Notes under the pieces: model-generated
The model's input: only the letters and a program-made list of their open reading frames with translations
Told to the model about the DNA's origin: nothing
Databases searched by the model: none
Made by a program: the position numbers and the translations under genes
Source of the DNA: a virus
DNA: 64,000 nt
Virus record (IMG/VR): IMGVR_UViG_3300028392_000059
Location: 1-64,000 of that record
Strand: one strand, 5' to 3'
Shown here: one piece after another, positions 1 to 9,853 of the stretch
How the letters are laid out: each line of letters starts with the position of its first letter
How positions within the stretch are numbered: the stretch's first letter is position 1

Positions 1-334
1 CAGTTGAAACAGTCACAACTTTAATTTCTTGTGACTCTAGAAGATCTTTAAGCTTGGCTTGTGCCATATAAATTGCGTCATATAGATGAACGCCACCTCC
101 AGTGACAGTACCACGCATGTGTGCAAGGCTTACAGTGTATCCACCAAACTCTGAATCGTATCCTGGAGGAAGCACTGTAATTGTCATTTGATACGATTTA
201 GCTTCCATGAACATTTTCATAAGAGCTTGATCAAGATCATTCATCTCATCGCGAGATATTGGAATTTTTGCTTGTATGAATTTCACACGTTCAGCGTGAA
301 TTGCTGCTTTGATACGTTCTTCAGCTTTTGACAT
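1..334 (-). CDS. hypothetical protein (runs off window edge)
   Basis: ATG at 334 overlaps the stop of the upstream ORF; open frame MSKAEERIKAAIH... to the edge. Confidence 0.7.
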   Translation of the reverse strand, partial: MSKAEERIKAAIHAERVKFIQAKIPISRDEMNDLDQALMKMFMEAKSYQMTITVLPPGYDSEFGGYTVSLAHMRGTVTGGGVHLYDAIYMAQAKLKDLLESQEIKVVTVST

Positions 335-606
335 CAGTTGTTTTCTCTGAAAATGAAGCTGGAACGCCATCCAGATTCTGTTGTTGCTGTGATCCATTTA
401 AGATCACTACGATCTTTGATCAAATCCCAATAAGACTTGATTGTTTGCTCAGTGGAGCCCATATTAACAACTACACGAGTGCCGTCAACATGTTCCATAC
501 TAATTTGATTATGTTTGAGACGTTCATTTGTAATTTCGGCGTTTACAAAGGTATGTAGGTTTTCAAGATACTTATTAAGCCTACAAAGAATAGTCAAGTA
601 CATCAT
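334..606 (-). CDS. hypothetical protein
   Basis: 90-aa ORF tightly packed with its neighbours. Confidence 0.6.
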   Translation of the reverse strand: MMYLTILCRLNKYLENLHTFVNAEITNERLKHNQISMEHVDGTRVVVNMGSTEQTIKSYWDLIKDRSDLKWITATTESGWRSSFIFRENN

Positions 607-800
607 TGAAACAAACTCCCAATAAGCACACCAATCCCTGTGATAACAATTCCTAGCGGAATAACTCTATTAAGGTTAAAAGACCTATCAGGAATAATAG
701 CATCAAGATACGCTAGAAAACCGTTGTAAAGCACAAGAGCGATAGTAGCACCAATAAACATAAGAAATTCCTTAATTAGAAGACCAAATCCAATAGCCAT
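603..800 (-). CDS. small membrane protein (2 TM)
   Basis: two hydrophobic segments; 4-nt overlap with the next gene. Confidence 0.6.
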   Translation of the reverse strand: MAIGFGLLIKEFLMFIGATIALVLYNGFLAYLDAIIPDRSFNLNRVIPLGIVITGIGVLIGSLFQ

Positions 801-921
801 TCGGACAAGTCAACTCAACACCTGATTGGCAGAGATGATATTGATCTACACGCATGGCATGGTCAAACAAAATAAATGAAATTGCAAAGAAGAAAAGCAT
901 CGAAAGTACATACTTGAGCAT
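772..921 (-). CDS. small membrane-anchored protein
   Basis: AAGGAG RBS before MLKYVLSM; the longer track ORF runs into the tRNA. Confidence 0.55.
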   Translation of the reverse strand: MLKYVLSMLFFFAISFILFDHAMRVDQYHLCQSGVELTCPNGYWIWSSN

Positions 922-939
922 TTGACTTCTCCTTAAAAA

Positions 940-1014
940 TGGTGGACCAGCAAGGTTTGAACTTGCGACCTTAGAATTAAAAGTTCCACGCTCTACCAAC
1001 TGAGCTATGGGTCC
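940..1014 (-). tRNA. trnK: tRNA-Lys(UUU), CCA encoded
   Basis: D arm GCTC-AGTTGGTA-GAGC, anticodon loop CTTTTAA, T arm GCAAG-TTCAAAC-CTTGC, 3' ACCA. Confidence 0.9.
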
Positions 1015-1021
1015 ATACTAG

Positions 1022-1234
1022 TTATTTATATTCGTTATCCCAAAGGATTTTTGCAACATCACCAATATTAATGCTTTCGTGAGGAAAATAAGTGCGTTTC
1101 CACGTACGATTGTCTTGAGCGTAAAAACTACGACCTTGATCAAAGTACACAGTAGCATCGGGCATTGTACGAAAATCTTCAAATTCAATCTTGAAGCAAT
1201 GAGAATCAATCTCGGATATTTTCATGTTTCGCAT
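1022..1234 (-). CDS. hypothetical protein
   Basis: 70-aa ORF on the coding strand. Confidence 0.55.
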   Translation of the reverse strand: MRNMKISEIDSHCFKIEFEDFRTMPDATVYFDQGRSFYAQDNRTWKRTYFPHESINIGDVAKILWDNEYK

Positions 1235-1287
1235 TTGAGGTTTTCTTTCGTTCGGTTGTTAGAATTTCTTAGAGGCTTAGCGAAATA

Positions 1288-1494
1288 CTAATCATTTTGA
1301 ATTTCCTTTACAAATTCAACGCGTTGAACATAACTGTGCTGCGCAATGTAATTCATAATATCTTGAGGTTCATGCCAGGCACCTGGTACAGCATCCAGCA
1401 TGACAATAACCTTCAATTCAATCTGACGATGAATACCAGCTGCTTTATAATTATTCGTTGGAATAACCGGCGGAATATCTTTGTAAATCTTCAT
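1288..1494 (-). CDS. hypothetical protein
   Basis: AAGGA RBS before MKIYKDIPP; shorter than the track ORF. Confidence 0.55.
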   Translation of the reverse strand: MKIYKDIPPVIPTNNYKAAGIHRQIELKVIVMLDAVPGAWHEPQDIMNYIAQHSYVQRVEFVKEIQND

Positions 1495-1507
1495 TTCAAG
1501 GTCCTTT

Positions 1508-1687
1508 TCAATAGCACATAAAGACAGTAGCAGCTTGACCGCAATCACGATATATTTCTGCCTCGGAAAGTGCAAGCGAAAGACTGATGAATGAAATAGT
1601 GACAGCAGTATCGTCACGCATCACAATCAGAAAGTAGCTGTGATTGATGTTTACAAACTCTTGAAAGATAGGTGCTTCAAGTTGCAT
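1508..1687 (-). CDS. hypothetical protein (59 aa, not in track)
   Basis: AAGGAG RBS, MQLEAPIFQEF...FMCY*. Confidence 0.6.
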   Translation of the reverse strand: MQLEAPIFQEFVNINHSYFLIVMRDDTAVTISFISLSLALSEAEIYRDCGQAATVFMCY

Positions 1688-1711
1688 TTGATTTCTCCTT
1701 TTGCGTTTAGA

Positions 1712-1735
1712 TGACAGACTTTAACCGGTCTGTCA
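1712..1735. terminator. intergenic hairpin after the lysis block
   Basis: TGACAGAC-8 nt-GTCTGTCA perfect 8-bp stem; no clear U-tract. Confidence 0.45.
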
Positions 1736-1747
1736 GCGGCTTATTTG

Positions 1748-2068
1748 TTAACGATGTAAATGACCTGTTTGACCTTGGCCAGCACCATCGTATTCAGCTG
1801 GTGAATACGCCTTTGCGTCTGTTGTGTCGCCGAAAACATTTGTTGAGACAAAGTAGTCAAAGATACTCTGCTCATTGTTTTCTAAATTCACATTAAACAC
1901 ACGCAAGTCTTGAAATTTAGCACCTTCAAGCACAAGCTCGTTAATACGCTTTTCAAGCTCATTGCGATTGTTAAATGACACTGCAATAGCAGGCTCTGAA
2001 AAAGTAGCAGGCTTACAAATAAACATCATGTGGGTATCTCCTCTGAGGTATTCATATAAGATACCCAT
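1748..2068 (-). CDS. hypothetical protein
   Basis: ORF directly after the endolysin; start uncertain. Confidence 0.55.
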   Translation of the reverse strand: MGILYEYLRGDTHMMFICKPATFSEPAIAVSFNNRNELEKRINELVLEGAKFQDLRVFNVNLENNEQSIFDYFVSTNVFGDTTDAKAYSPAEYDGAGQGQTGHLHR

Positions 2069-2083
2069 ATTTGCGCGTTTATT

Positions 2084-2620
2084 TTATGCTTCGTTTGTAG
2101 ACAAAACACCATTACTAGCTACAAGGTACGGCTTAACAGAATCTGGCATTGCAACTTTAAACGGTACACGGCGAGCCTTGTAAAGACGCTTCTTTAGAAT
2201 ACGGCTAATACAAACTTTATCAGACTGATTACCACCAAGTACATGATAAGCAACATCATCTTCGGCAATGTAAATACCAACGTGACCGCCACCATCACGC
2301 TTAAACGTAAGGATGTCACCTAAAGAAGGCTTGTCAGCAGCACTACCATATGTAGCCCAATTCAAAGCATACAAAGGATTCTTAGCAAGCGGCTTACCTG
2401 CACGTTGTGCCATTGTAGCAACAAACAAACCACACCAAGGTACGGAGTCATCAGTGTACTTCCAGCCAATTACATCTTGGCCAATCTCAGCAGCCCATCC
2501 CATAATTTTAGCGTTAGAAGCTTTACCGGGAGTTTCTGTAACACCAAATTCTTTTAGTGCTTCAACAACAAGACGAGGTTTGTCGAGTGTATCAAGCCAC
2601 TCGTAACCTTTAATTGACAT
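2084..2620 (-). CDS. endolysin candidate, TIGR02594-like NlpC/P60-CHAP cysteine peptidase
   Basis: DDSVPWCGLFV, ALNW, GDILTFKR.GGGHVG, VLGGNQSD motifs. Confidence 0.85.
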   Translation of the reverse strand: MSIKGYEWLDTLDKPRLVVEALKEFGVTETPGKASNAKIMGWAAEIGQDVIGWKYTDDSVPWCGLFVATMAQRAGKPLAKNPLYALNWATYGSAADKPSLGDILTFKRDGGGHVGIYIAEDDVAYHVLGGNQSDKVCISRILKKRLYKARRVPFKVAMPDSVKPYLVASNGVLSTNEA

Positions 2621-2771
2621 GCTTTTTCTTCTTAAGTTCTTTGCGGATGACATCACCGACTTCATCAACAGCGAGTTCAACAAGCGGATTGTCTTTACTA
2701 ATAACATCAGCAACAGTCTTCTCAGGCTTGCTTAACAAACCAAACAGCAACTTAAAAATATTAATCTTCAT
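2610..2771 (-). CDS. small lysis-region protein
   Basis: 53 aa, amphipathic N-terminus and basic C-terminus, between holin and endolysin. Confidence 0.5.
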   Translation of the reverse strand: MKINIFKLLFGLLSKPEKTVADVISKDNPLVELAVDEVGDVIRKELKKKKHVN

Positions 2772-3000
2772 GTGGAATGTCCTTCTTAGCGGCACCAAAA
2801 TACCAACCTACAATTGTGGCAATAAGTGTACCAAGAATAAATCCTAGAATTGTGTCTGCAAATCGCACATTAGTCGGCGGAATTGCATGAAACGTGATAG
2901 CTACGAGATAGGCTGCAGAGAACATCGACCAGAAATATGCAAGAACATTACGTGCATCAAACTGACGATTTTCCTCAGTACCCTTAACGAAAAGACCCAT
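2761..3000 (-). CDS. putative holin (2 TM)
   Basis: two TM helices, ILGFILGT..ATIVGWYFG; first gene after a phage motif, upstream of the endolysin. Confidence 0.7.
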   Translation of the reverse strand: MGLFVKGTEENRQFDARNVLAYFWSMFSAAYLVAITFHAIPPTNVRFADTILGFILGTLIATIVGWYFGAAKKDIPHED

Positions 3001-3088
3001 TTTATTTACTTTCTATATTTATTAGATTTAGAGGATATACACATCATCTACTATGGTTAGTATGACCCACCGGAGGTCAGCCCTATCA

Positions 3089-3104
3089 TTAATCTAACGG
3101 GTTC
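3089..3104 (-). promoter_or_regulatory. putative phage promoter (GAACCCGTTAGATTAA)
   Basis: 14/16 match to the motif at 26036, 43658 and 57553; upstream of the lysis genes. Confidence 0.7.
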
Positions 3105-3206
3105 CGGTAAGGCTATCGTGCAAATTTTATAGTGTGGTAGCAGGCGGGTTATTGCTCACATTTGAGAACTGCAACCTGCTACGCTCACACCCGACATCAG
3201 ACGAGT

Positions 3207-3704
3207 CTACAAAGTCGAGTTTCGATCACCCAGCAAGCTCCTTGGATAGTTGTTTGTAAGACGTCTCAATCGCCCGCCATACTCTTGCCAGCCATTCTTT
3301 TCGAGCACTCTTGTAAACACACCCTTTGAAGGAAGATAGCTAGAAGTGATAACAACCTGAGCACCCATCTTTTGTGCAAATTCAAAATAGTGATTGTGAA
3401 ACATTACTAGCGCTTTTACAGCTTTGATACTACTTAAATTTGTGTGATAATAGATTTGCGAGAAAGCTTTGATAGATGAATGGTGTTGATCATGACCTTC
3501 TGAACAAGCCATCCATGCTACAAGCTTATCTGTATCATCAATCATAACCTTAAAGTACTTCATTCCAGACATAAAACCACTAAGCATGTTATAAGAACTT
3601 TCAGCTGTTACAGGAAACAAGGGGTCTCCATATACTTCATAAAGACCCCTTGACATTTCCGTTATAGCAGCAAAATCGCTTCTACGAACAGACCTTATTT
3701 TCAC
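3207..3704 (-). CDS. GNAT-fold protein
   Basis: IRSVRRSDFAAI N-terminus, FAQKMGAQVV and LEKNGW C-terminal pattern. Confidence 0.55.
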   Translation of the reverse strand: MKIRSVRRSDFAAITEMSRGLYEVYGDPLFPVTAESSYNMLSGFMSGMKYFKVMIDDTDKLVAWMACSEGHDQHHSSIKAFSQIYYHTNLSSIKAVKALVMFHNHYFEFAQKMGAQVVITSSYLPSKGVFTRVLEKNGWQEYGGRLRRLTNNYPRSLLGDRNSTL

Positions 3705-4222
3705 GGCCAACCAGCATTTAAATTAACAGCAGCAAGCCCAGCCTCATCTGTACAGATGTTAATAGCTGCTTTAAGTGTAATGTTATACATAGTGACTGCT
3801 GAAATATAATCTACAGCATCATTTACCATTGCCACAAAGTCACTTCTTGTAAAGTTAATGACGTCATTATTAGCCATTACCCATTCTACAGTTTCGCTAT
3901 CACCCTGCGCATTTGCTGTTAGATACACAAGTGATTGCATATCAACTTGCAACAGACCATATGTACTGTTAAAGTTATCTCGCTTTTCTTGAAAGATTTG
4001 AGATAGCTGATTGTGCTTATGGCGTTTATGCTGCTCAAGCTCAATCATAAAAGGTGTATTAGTGAACACACCATTTTCATAATTAATCTTTGCACCTGTA
4101 GCACGAAGCTCAACTAGCTCATGGTAAGTTTCATCAAAAATTTGTACAACATCACTTGGCATTGTCTTGTGAATAGTATTTTTATAGAATGAGTCTGTTT
4201 CTTTAGAATAGAAATATGACAT
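3701..4222 (-). CDS. tail fibre assembly/chaperone (DUF4376-like)
   Basis: YFYSKETDSFY..IH..MP.D N-terminus; W..ANN and L.AV...W C-terminus; follows the fibre gene. Confidence 0.75.
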   Translation of the reverse strand: MSYFYSKETDSFYKNTIHKTMPSDVVQIFDETYHELVELRATGAKINYENGVFTNTPFMIELEQHKRHKHNQLSQIFQEKRDNFNSTYGLLQVDMQSLVYLTANAQGDSETVEWVMANNDVINFTRSDFVAMVNDAVDYISAVTMYNITLKAAINICTDEAGLAAVNLNAGWP

Positions 4223-7200
4223 TTAATATCCAATCGCAATCCAAGAAAAGCCCAGAGCATACTTACCGGACCAACCTGTTTGCATAACAGCTTTAAATCC
4301 AGACGTTGTCCAGTTCTTATTTGTTTGGCCCCAATAGTCACCATCTGAACCTGTACTACCTGTACCAAGAACTTGTGACATAGCCATTAAACAAGCATTA
4401 GGAAATGTTAATGGAAAATTAATATCATATTCACCTTCAGGGTATGAATATGAAGAACCACCTAACATACCCCATTGCATAATAGAGCCATTAGCAAGTT
4501 CAAGATAGCCATTAGCAGCATTACTAGACGAAGCAACAGCGTCAGATGATAATTTAATACGTGTAACTTCAAGATTTTTAATCTTAGCACCAGTAATAAC
4601 AGCATCACCAATCTGAGCAGTTGTAGTGATTAACGAACCTGTCAAAGATAACTGGTCACCAGTAATAGAGTTAGCTAGAATATGATCTGCAGTAATAGAG
4701 CCATTAACAATAAGATTACCACCAACAGCTTCTCTTAACGACAATGCACCAATACGCATAACACCACTCATTGTGGTTGTTCCTGCATTGTATACACCAA
4801 AACGTACCTGAGTAGCATTAGCCGGTGTTGTTAATGCAATTGATTTAACACCAGCTGTATTAGTAGCCCATGTTAGTGCAGTAGAAGAAATGACAGTACC
4901 GTCTGCTTTGAAAAACTGTGCATATACTGATAGCGTCTGATTACTTGTATTATAAGCAGCAGCTTTCCATTCATACTGTGTGCTTGGTTTTACATCAGTC
5001 ATACCTTGCGGATAATGTAAAATACCATTACGAATACTATGTCTTGTATTCTTAGCTGCAGTATCAAGTGTGCTCGCATCAAGAACAGCGTAGTTAGTAC
5101 CAAGGTACTCGTAACCTGTAATGATTGTATTATCAGTTTGCCAAGTATTTGCTTGAAAAGGTATATAACCACCAATATCAGTACGAGTAATCAGCCAAAA
5201 ATCACTATCAATGAATGTAGGATCAGCTACTAGATTGCTTGCAGAAATTTTAATCTTGCTAGCTGTAATCGCTTCACCAGCAATTTTACTTGCAGAAATA
5301 GCACCTGCAAATATTTTATCGGCAGTGACACAATTTACAGCAAGTTGATCTGCAGTGATTGAACCATCAACAATCATTTCAGAACCATTAGCACGCATTA
5401 GCTTGATACCACCATAAGCAGCGTAACTAGCTAAAGCAGCAGTTCCATTAGCATAAAATACAAATTCAACTTTCACAAAGCATGCTGTAGCAGGTACATA
5501 AATCTTGCATTCAAGATTATAATTTGAAGTACCTGACTTAGGTGTAGTACGATAGTCCCATGTAGTAGTTCTAAGCACATGACGATTACCTGTATCGATT
5601 AGACTATCAGTCACACCACTAGGAATGCTAGAGGGTGAACCATCAGCTAATGTAGCAGAGGGTATTACTTGTGTAGTACCATCACTCGAATACCAGGTAA
5701 GTCGAATTGAAGACGCACCATTAAATGTACTACCCACACGATTTTTACAAAACAAACGAACCCAACTACCACCCTCAACAGCGATACGATCACTTCTTGA
5801 TGTTACAATCGTGCTAGAACCAGCTGTAAGAACAGTTGGTGAGTAAATAGCAGACGGCGTAGCCATTGCAACAGGTACAGAGCCTGTAGGACCAGAATAA
5901 CGGCAAGTTGTGTTACCCATATCCCAGAACGCGTCAGTACCACTAACGGGGTCTGTACTTCTATCTTGAAACATTGCATCTTGAATTAGATTAAATGTAT
6001 CAATAATAGCAAGCTTGCTTGTAACAACAGAACTTGCAGCAAGCTGGTCAGTTGTAATAGCACCAGCAGCAATTTGACCAGCAACAAGCTGACCTATGAT
6101 TTGAGTTGCATCAGCTGTATCAACAAATTGCGTACCATCTGCTCTATACAAACGCTTAGCACCAGTTAAGTAAACCATTCTACCATTTGTGTAATCTGTA
6201 CCAGCAGCAGTTAATGAGGTGAACAGCTCTACAGGTTTAATTGACGATGCGAAAAGAGTTGCATCAATTGAGTTACCAATCAAATCACCTGTGTCAGTAG
6301 CTGTTGTCCACGCACCGCTAGAATATCGATAGATTTTACCATTTGTTGTATTGTACAGAATTTTAGGACCAGTATATCCTGTTGGACTAGGCAATGTGGT
6401 AACACTTTTAACTGGCTCAAGACCCTGAACAAAGTCAGTAGTATCAACAGATGTAACGTTAATAGGACCAATACGTGTAGAATAGCTAGACTGATTACCT
6501 ACATAATCTACAGACTTTAACCAGTAGTAATATGCTAAAGTTCCATCAAGATTGCTATCAATAAAGCTACCATAATTAGCAACAGTTGCTGTACTTGGTG
6601 ATACTTTAACGGAACCAATTTTAACAGGACTGCCACTTGTCAAACTTCTATAAATATCAACACGATCAAGATCAGTAGCAGTGTCGTTTGTCCAAGTAAG
6701 AATATTAGATCTAAACGCTGATGCTGCGCTGATATTTGAAGGAGCAGCTGGTGCTGTATTGTCTACAACCGCAGCTAACGTTGCAATAGATGAATACGCA
6801 CTACGATTACCAGCGTCATCTACGGCACGTACTCGAAAGTAATATGCCGTTTTAAGTTTAAGATTCTTAGTGGCGATTGATGTTACATCAGCGGGTGTGG
6901 TACCAAGAGGTGCCCATGTACCTGTGCTTGTTTCACGCATATCAATTTCGTAATGGTTAAGATCACTGTCAGAAACAGGATCCCAATCAAATGCGCATGT
7001 GACAGAGCGATAACCATAGAAATCAACTTCAACAAGCGGTGTAATAGGTGTAGTTGCAAGTGCAGGTATAGCAGGCGCTACAGTATCAGCAGTAAGATCA
7101 GTACCTTGTTTAATAGAAAATATAGGCGTATCAGCTGTTGATGTAAAGCTGCTAGTAGTTTCGTAAACAACAACACTATAGTGCTTAATAGCAGAGTCAG

Positions 7201-9853
7201 AAAACGCGTTTACTACTTTTGTAGCTGCTGTGCCAGACGTTAATACGCCGTCAATATACCATTTATATTTAGGTACTTTGTAACCAGTAGGTGTAGCTGT
7301 AAGCGTAATTGTTGATGGTGATAATGTAGTACCAATCGTTTCAAACGAATTGTCTGTAGCTGTAAGCGTAACAGAACGTGTCCAACTATGATCTAAGTCA
7401 ATAGCGTTTGTAGGGTCAGTTGTCGTCATACGCGACATACGACCGTTACTATTTAACACACGAACACCAAAGAATGCACTTGCAGCATCAACAGCAGGTA
7501 GTGTAAATTGAGGTAATACATTTCTACCGATCTCTCGATAGATAGGAGCGCCACTGCTTTCTACATCATCAATACCTGCCTGATGAATATAGAACACATA
7601 ACCTGCAAAATCTTGAAAAGAAACAGGATCGCATTCAATACTACCAGAACTATCAATGTTCGTAGTTGTAGGTTTAACATAGCGCACAGCATTTGTCTGT
7701 GGAATAACCAAGTCATAAAGATTAGGTACATTAATATAAACGTCGTCTTTAACAGCCCAAGCAAGTTGAGAATAATCAAAACGTGATGCTGTGACTTGAC
7801 ATTGGTTATCTTTAACAACTTTTACACTATCAACACGAAGATACAACGGCGTTGTTGCACCGATTTGCATTGTATTACTTTGAAGCTGAATAAAGTCACC
7901 AGGTTCATAATAACGATCAGTAACAGTGTATGTAAATTTGTAGCTAGTAGCGCTTCTACTTGTACGACAAATTTCTTCTGCCTTAGCAAGAGCGTGGTAT
8001 GGATCAGTAACACCCTCAGCAAATAAATTAGTTTCAAGCTGTAAACCGCTATCTTCAAGAACCATTGCATCATAGACAGCTGATGTTTTGTTTACAGTTA
8101 CAAATGTGCTATAAGTAGCATCACGTGATGTCCACAATACTTTAGTAGCTGTAGATATTTTAGCAGCAACACCTTTATTCTCATTACCAGAAGCACTACC
8201 TGATAAAATTATTTGATAAATTTTATCGGCAGTTGTACTACCCATATTAAGCGTAGAAGTGGCAACGTTATCTTTATTTGATGATGTAATAGTTTTCAAC
8301 GTAGTGTTAGATGCATAATCTTTAATAACAATAGAACCACTATTGTCAGCAGCAAAATCAATATTATAAGTTACTACTGTACCTTTAGGAACACGTAATA
8401 AATAGCTAAAGCTTGTTGTGCTACTTTGATCATTCCATACACCATAGTTATTTAAAAGTCTGCCACCATTTTTGCTTTCGTCCCAAGAGCCTACGCCAAA
8501 AGAATATTTAGAACCACCAATACCTTGTAAATAACTAGCGTCGTACTTAGGTGGCCAACTTACAGTATCTTCTTTAAAATTTTCGAATTCATTATGAAAA
8601 TTAACAACAACGTAATTATAACGGTCTTGTGCAGAAGGCCAAGCAATGTCAATATCTTCACCTAGTACAAGATCATCATCAGTAATTGTACCTGCAAGAT
8701 TAATAGCACCATTGTTAGTAGGATATTGTAAAGAAAGCCTATATTGACCACCACTCCAGATAAGACGAGCGTCACCCATAGTAGAAAGTAAAGATTCAAT
8801 GTTTTCACGAACAGGTTTGCTTGTGTCAACAATAATATTACATTCATACAAAGGAAGATCACGCGTTGTTATGGGAGTTGTGCTACGCGTGGGCTGCCAG
8901 AACTTACCACCAACAGTAGCACCAGTCTGTACAATCGTATCACAAACATTAGCTGCTAGTCTGAAAGATTGTAAATCAACTTCTTCCTCAGCAAGCCCTT
9001 TACCATGAATAGGATCAAGAAGGTAATCAAGCAAACAATACGCAGGGTTGTTCTTGTAAGTACGAGTTGTTGATAACACGTTTGATGTGTTAATTGTACG
9101 TACTTTACGACCTTCAATTAGTGTTTGAACAGAAGGTACACCAGAAAACTGAGGATTATCCCGATCGAGACGAACAACAGCAGACATATACGCCATATTT
9201 GTAAACAGCGCATCATTACGGTCGCCAAAGTTAGCTGCAATAATACTATCAACTTCACCACCATCGTAGTGATAGTCAAGACGCATTGCAGCTTTAATAC
9301 CGTCATGTTTCTTAGCATTGGTTGTTTCTTCAATAGAGCCATACGTACCAAGGCCTGAATCATCAATATATCGAGAACCATCAATAATAACGTCCTTAGC
9401 ACTATTGATAGGGCCTGCACAAAGCACTTGCTGAAAGAACATATACTCATTCTTACCGCCCTGTGCACTTGCATCAAGGTAGCCGCCTGTTCGTGCAGCT
9501 ACAGCACCAGTGTTATAAACATAATCATCGTAGCCTGTACCCCAACGACTATAACCGTAATTATAAGCACCGTAGCCTCTAGAGCCTGTTGCAAATGTAG
9601 TATCTGCGTTAGATGCTACATATGTATACGCAGACGAGGTATTATGATACACACGTGTACCACCAATAAGTGCACGTCCATATACAATAGGTACATACTC
9701 AGCTTGTCCCTCTGTTACAACTTCAAAACCCTTACGAGCGTCAGCGGCAGCAAGAGCGGCAGCTTTCATCTTCTTGGCTTGAATAATTGAGTATACAGTA
9801 GACGCAGCTGCTACAACGAAAGATATAATAGCAATAATAAGTTCTAAACCCAT
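4223..9853 (-). CDS. tail tip / central fibre (TipJ-like) with FN3, carbohydrate-binding-like and gp53-like C-terminal domains
   Basis: VPIVYGRALIGG, NPAYCLLDYLLD, YYFRVRAVD.AGN.S FN3 repeats, ITADQL repeats, GSIMQWG...FP..FPNAC. Confidence 0.9.
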   Translation of the reverse strand: MGLELIIAIISFVVAAASTVYSIIQAKKMKAAALAAADARKGFEVVTEGQAEYVPIVYGRALIGGTRVYHNTSSAYTYVASNADTTFATGSRGYGAYNYGYSRWGTGYDDYVYNTGAVAARTGGYLDASAQGGKNEYMFFQQVLCAGPINSAKDVIIDGSRYIDDSGLGTYGSIEETTNAKKHDGIKAAMRLDYHYDGGEVDSIIAANFGDRNDALFTNMAYMSAVVRLDRDNPQFSGVPSVQTLIEGRKVRTINTSNVLSTTRTYKNNPAYCLLDYLLDPIHGKGLAEEEVDLQSFRLAANVCDTIVQTGATVGGKFWQPTRSTTPITTRDLPLYECNIIVDTSKPVRENIESLLSTMGDARLIWSGGQYRLSLQYPTNNGAINLAGTITDDDLVLGEDIDIAWPSAQDRYNYVVVNFHNEFENFKEDTVSWPPKYDASYLQGIGGSKYSFGVGSWDESKNGGRLLNNYGVWNDQSSTTSFSYLLRVPKGTVVTYNIDFAADNSGSIVIKDYASNTTLKTITSSNKDNVATSTLNMGSTTADKIYQIILSGSASGNENKGVAAKISTATKVLWTSRDATYSTFVTVNKTSAVYDAMVLEDSGLQLETNLFAEGVTDPYHALAKAEEICRTSRSATSYKFTYTVTDRYYEPGDFIQLQSNTMQIGATTPLYLRVDSVKVVKDNQCQVTASRFDYSQLAWAVKDDVYINVPNLYDLVIPQTNAVRYVKPTTTNIDSSGSIECDPVSFQDFAGYVFYIHQAGIDDVESSGAPIYREIGRNVLPQFTLPAVDAASAFFGVRVLNSNGRMSRMTTTDPTNAIDLDHSWTRSVTLTATDNSFETIGTTLSPSTITLTATPTGYKVPKYKWYIDGVLTSGTAATKVVNAFSDSAIKHYSVVVYETTSSFTSTADTPIFSIKQGTDLTADTVAPAIPALATTPITPLVEVDFYGYRSVTCAFDWDPVSDSDLNHYEIDMRETSTGTWAPLGTTPADVTSIATKNLKLKTAYYFRVRAVDDAGNRSAYSSIATLAAVVDNTAPAAPSNISAASAFRSNILTWTNDTATDLDRVDIYRSLTSGSPVKIGSVKVSPSTATVANYGSFIDSNLDGTLAYYYWLKSVDYVGNQSSYSTRIGPINVTSVDTTDFVQGLEPVKSVTTLPSPTGYTGPKILYNTTNGKIYRYSSGAWTTATDTGDLIGNSIDATLFASSIKPVELFTSLTAAGTDYTNGRMVYLTGAKRLYRADGTQFVDTADATQIIGQLVAGQIAAGAITTDQLAASSVVTSKLAIIDTFNLIQDAMFQDRSTDPVSGTDAFWDMGNTTCRYSGPTGSVPVAMATPSAIYSPTVLTAGSSTIVTSRSDRIAVEGGSWVRLFCKNRVGSTFNGASSIRLTWYSSDGTTQVIPSATLADGSPSSIPSGVTDSLIDTGNRHVLRTTTWDYRTTPKSGTSNYNLECKIYVPATACFVKVEFVFYANGTAALASYAAYGGIKLMRANGSEMIVDGSITADQLAVNCVTADKIFAGAISASKIAGEAITASKIKISASNLVADPTFIDSDFWLITRTDIGGYIPFQANTWQTDNTIITGYEYLGTNYAVLDASTLDTAAKNTRHSIRNGILHYPQGMTDVKPSTQYEWKAAAYNTSNQTLSVYAQFFKADGTVISSTALTWATNTAGVKSIALTTPANATQVRFGVYNAGTTTMSGVMRIGALSLREAVGGNLIVNGSITADHILANSITGDQLSLTGSLITTTAQIGDAVITGAKIKNLEVTRIKLSSDAVASSSNAANGYLELANGSIMQWGMLGGSSYSYPEGEYDINFPLTFPNACLMAMSQVLGTGSTGSDGDYWGQTNKNWTTSGFKAVMQTGWSGKYALGFSWIAIGY

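Noticed and set aside
772-999. Track ORF N-terminus MVERGTFNSKV...
   Set aside because: Translation of the tRNA-Lys sequence; the real start is probably 921
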